Shown piece by piece: positions 60,529 through 64,000 of a stretch of DNA of 64,000 bases. The position numbers and the translations under genes are program-made. Every line of letters begins with the position of its first letter. Within the stretch, counting starts at the first letter, position 1. Source of the DNA: the human T2T-CHM13v2.0 reference genome, Homo sapiens. Under the pieces are notes generated by a model that worked only from the letters and a program-made list of their open reading frames with translations, ran no database searches and had not been told where the DNA came from. The stretch lies in NCBI RefSeq assembly GCF_009914755.1, contig NC_060929.1, one strand, 5' to 3'.

Positions 60529-62611
60529 ATGTGTGTCTGAATTTTGTAGGTGTGTACGGTATGTGAGTGTGTTTAGTAGGGTAGAGGTGAGTGTGAAAGG
60601 AATCAGCATATGGGCCATGTTTTAATTTGAAACCTGCTTTTGATGCTGGTAAGAATCCTTCCCCATCTATCATAATTACATTTTCTAATTTTTTTTAAAG
60701 GATGTGATGGTGACACACTACTAAACCCATTTTAATCAGAATCCCTGTTGTATGCCACGGTAGGGAAGTTTCACAACCTTTAGCCAGAGATACCTCTACA
60801 GTAGGCAGACAATCTCTGCTTAGAATACATCTAATGAAGAAAACTTTTACTATCACCAGAGGGGAAAATGTTTCCATCTAATTTTTATCCAAAATATTTA
60901 AGTAATTCATTTAATTTTCAAAATATTGTCTTTATTTCCCATGAACAACTTACTAAACATTTGTTCATTTCAATTAAAAAATTATCAATTGTCTTTTTAT
61001 TTATTACATACAAATACAATCTAATATAATCTACTTACTAATGGTAAATTCATGATTAACACAGAGATCAAACATGATACTGATAACAAACTAGCTTTTA
61101 AGAATGAAGAAAAAATAAATCCATAATTTACCTTTGGGGTGGGCTTTATATTTATTCAAGGGCTGTTAACTTTATTTTCTGAGAAAACTGGGTCTAAGTC
61201 CATTTTGTGTTGTTGTAAAAGAATACGTGAAACTGGGTAGATGAACTTTGTTCTGGGTCCTCAGGTCTAAGACTATAAATGCACCTGGGCCAGGCCACAT
61301 TAGTCAGGAGAGGCTGAAAGTGATAGAGGAACAATGCTGGTGCCTGGATGTAAGATAATGCATCACACTCTGTAATCATGGTTTCTATTGTATAACCCTA
61401 AGAATAAACTATACCTGGCTGAGATCAGGTGCTCTCTAGATTAGAAGGCACAACTTCTTTAGCCTTATGAATATGAGATTGGGTTTAGGGGGAACAGCCG
61501 TCCCTCCTGAATGCATTGTGTGACTCACTCACTCAGATGTTGTCATCTGCAACTGGGCACGTCGATCCTGATGAGAATCTTAGGACAATGGAAGGTTGTG
61601 CTTCTACTTCCTTTTGTATCTTTTAGATGAGTACATTTTTATATATTGAAGTACTGGTCTTGTCTAGTCTTTCTGTTAGCATCAGTCCACCATTAACATT
61701 TGGCAATGTAAGTGTCACAAGCTTTTCTTTATTTTATAATATTAGGTAATAAGTCTCCAAATGATACTTAGAAAATTTTTGAGTTTTATTATATGTTTTA
61801 TAATGTAATACACATATCTAATATCATATATTTTTATATTGTAAATTAGAATCATTTCATACAAAGCCCTTAGATTTTAATTCTCTAATTCTCTGGAATT
61901 CTATTTGCCATTTTAAGTTTCTGAAACTCACCCAATACTTCATGATACTGGAGGCTCACTAACCTTCCCTCATGGCCAAATCCTGACTGCAAGGCTCATT
62001 TTTAAATTGATTCCAAGCAGGATGAATATTTCCTAAACTTTAGTCCAAGATAAAAAAATTTTGAAAACCATTATTGTTAAGGGCATTTCTCATAATTCTT
62101 TCCTTTACATTTGTTTTTGTCTACATATGACTTTTAGCTTCATTACTAGAAGGATTTCATTTTAACAAATACAATTATTCTTGTAACCAAATAAGTTAAT
62201 AACTAAAATCATGGCACAAATTATAGCAACACTTAAACTTAATTACCTCAAGTAAATAATAACTTAGTTACTTGGGAAATGTGGATAATCCCAGAAATTA
62301 TAAAATCTATACATTTTGACCTGCTTTGTACCCAGCTGAAGTATTTCTCCAGGCTACACTCACATTAATCTTTTAAAAATGTACCAGGTTAGGTTTATGT
62401 TATTAATACGTCTTTTAGTTGATGCAGCTGATTCTGATTCATGAATATGTCATATTAAAGATGGTTGCAAATTTTTTGACACACTGGGCAATAAGAGCCC
62501 TCTTTAATTTGCCACATCTGTAGATTTGTTTTGTGTTTTCTCTTTGTTTTGGGTCCCTGTTGATTTCCTTTACTTTTTTGAAAGCTCAGTTATGCAATTA
62601 AAAGGATATTT

Positions 62612-62840
62612 AGGATTTTCAGCTTCTGCTTAGCATGTAGTAAGCTGAACAGAGCATTGCTCCCATATTCACAACAAAAGAAATTATTGAATATTCTGCA
62701 AAACCAAAACCTTTTTTGAATTTGTCAGTGAGCTGAGGTCACAGGGAAAAAAATCATTCCTGAAATCTGAAGGAAAACACCTTCCTTCAAGGAGAGAAAA
62801 TACATAAGCACTTGCTTATCTGGGGCAGATTCCTGACACT
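62612..62840 (+). mobile_element. Old L1M 5'UTR fragment
   Basis: cagcttctgc...tcagtgagctgaggtcacaggg...cctgaaatctg pattern. Confidence 0.5.
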
Positions 62841-62884
62841 CAAAATCATACAAACTTTTTAGAATGCAACAGAATTTCTTTAAG

Positions 62885-64000
62885 TTTTCATTTGAACTAA
62901 TTTTATTCTTACAGAAAAGTTGAAAAAATCATACAAATAGTTCCCTTTTGCCCTTCACCCCTCTATCTATAATATTAACAGTATATATAACCATTGTACT
63001 ATTATCAAGAGCAGAAAAATAACAATGGCATGATATTATTGACTAAACTATAGACCTTATTCAAATTTCACCAAGTTTTCCATTAATATCTGTTTTCTCT
63101 TACTGGATCCTATCCAGTGTTGCATATTGAATTTAGTTGTTATTTCTTTTTATTCTCCCCCATTTTTAATAACTCTCAGTGTCTCTTAGTTTTTCATGAC
63201 CTTAACATAGTTGTAGAATATCCCTCAATTTGGAGTTTTCTCATGATTGGAAAGAGGTTATGCATTTGTGGGAAGAATGTCACAAAAATGCTGTGTATTT
63301 GTAATTATATTGTATCAAGGGGTTCATTATGTCAATATGTCTCATTAGGTGATGTTTATCTTGGGTCTTGTGTGTCACTATTATAATTGTGGTGTTTGTT
63401 TAATGGTGATGCTCTATTTTATTCTTCTTTCTATATTAATTAACTTGACCTGTACTTTAAGAGCTATCTCTTCCTATTTATTTTTCATTCATATTCATAG
63501 ATGTTTATTTTAATCTATAGATGAATATTTTAATACAGATAAAAACAAGTAGTTGTTATTTACAGATGAATACTTTATAGATTAAAATCCAATACTACCA
63601 TTATTATTTGCCATTGCTGTTGTTGCTCAGATAGTTCCCACTTTGGTTATCAGGAAGTCCTTTAGATTGGTTCTTTGTTTTTGAGCACTTCCTTGCTTTT
63701 TTGTATAGTGAGGATGTTCGGATGTTTGAGGCTCATTTTTTATTTTCCGTGCCCCATCTCTGGAATCAACAACTTCTCTGAGGAGCCCTGCTTCCTCTCT
63801 CTTTTTTGGAAAATGATACTTAACTATCAAGATCTGGGTTTTAGGTGTGCTCATAGAATCTGGGTCATTGCTTCTAGGCCTGAGCAGAGAGGACTAATAA
63901 ATATGTGTATTTATACAAATCTACAGATACACACATCTGTATTTCCTGTTAATTGGTACCTATGTTAAAAGCCATGAGTTTATACCGCTACCTCAGATTC
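62885..64000 (-). mobile_element. L1MC-type 3'UTR (continues past window end)
   Basis: cttacagaaaagttgaaaaa...actaaactatagaccttattcaaatttcacca...gctcagatagttcccactttgg...ccaagatctgggt-like motifs. Confidence 0.75.

Overview
AT-rich, CpG-depleted primate (human-like) intronic or intergenic DNA made up mostly of interspersed repeats. It holds a decayed two-LTR ERV1 provirus (MER31-like, ~1062-7322), several solo LTRs (MER34/39-like x2, LTR8, LOR1-like, LTR16/33-like, MLT1, THE1, MST), LINE-1 copies of many ages, nine Alus, MIR/L2 relics and DNA transposons (near full-length Tigger1, Tigger3, MER58A x2). I found no supportable protein-coding gene, RNA gene or CRISPR array. The recognisable ORFs are broken L1 ORF1/ORF2 and Tigger1 transposase. 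Family names come from my memory of consensus sequences, not from a database search. I did not find a new biological system. The most notable signal is a set of locally templated copy events: a 320-bp inverted copy of nearby unique DNA patched into an L1 deletion, a 45-bp exact copy carrying a private L1 indel, a 560-bp non-TE inverted repeat, a multi-switch fold-back block and an ancient ~170-bp direct duplication. There is also a twin-primed L1 and an L1 with a probable 3' transduction.
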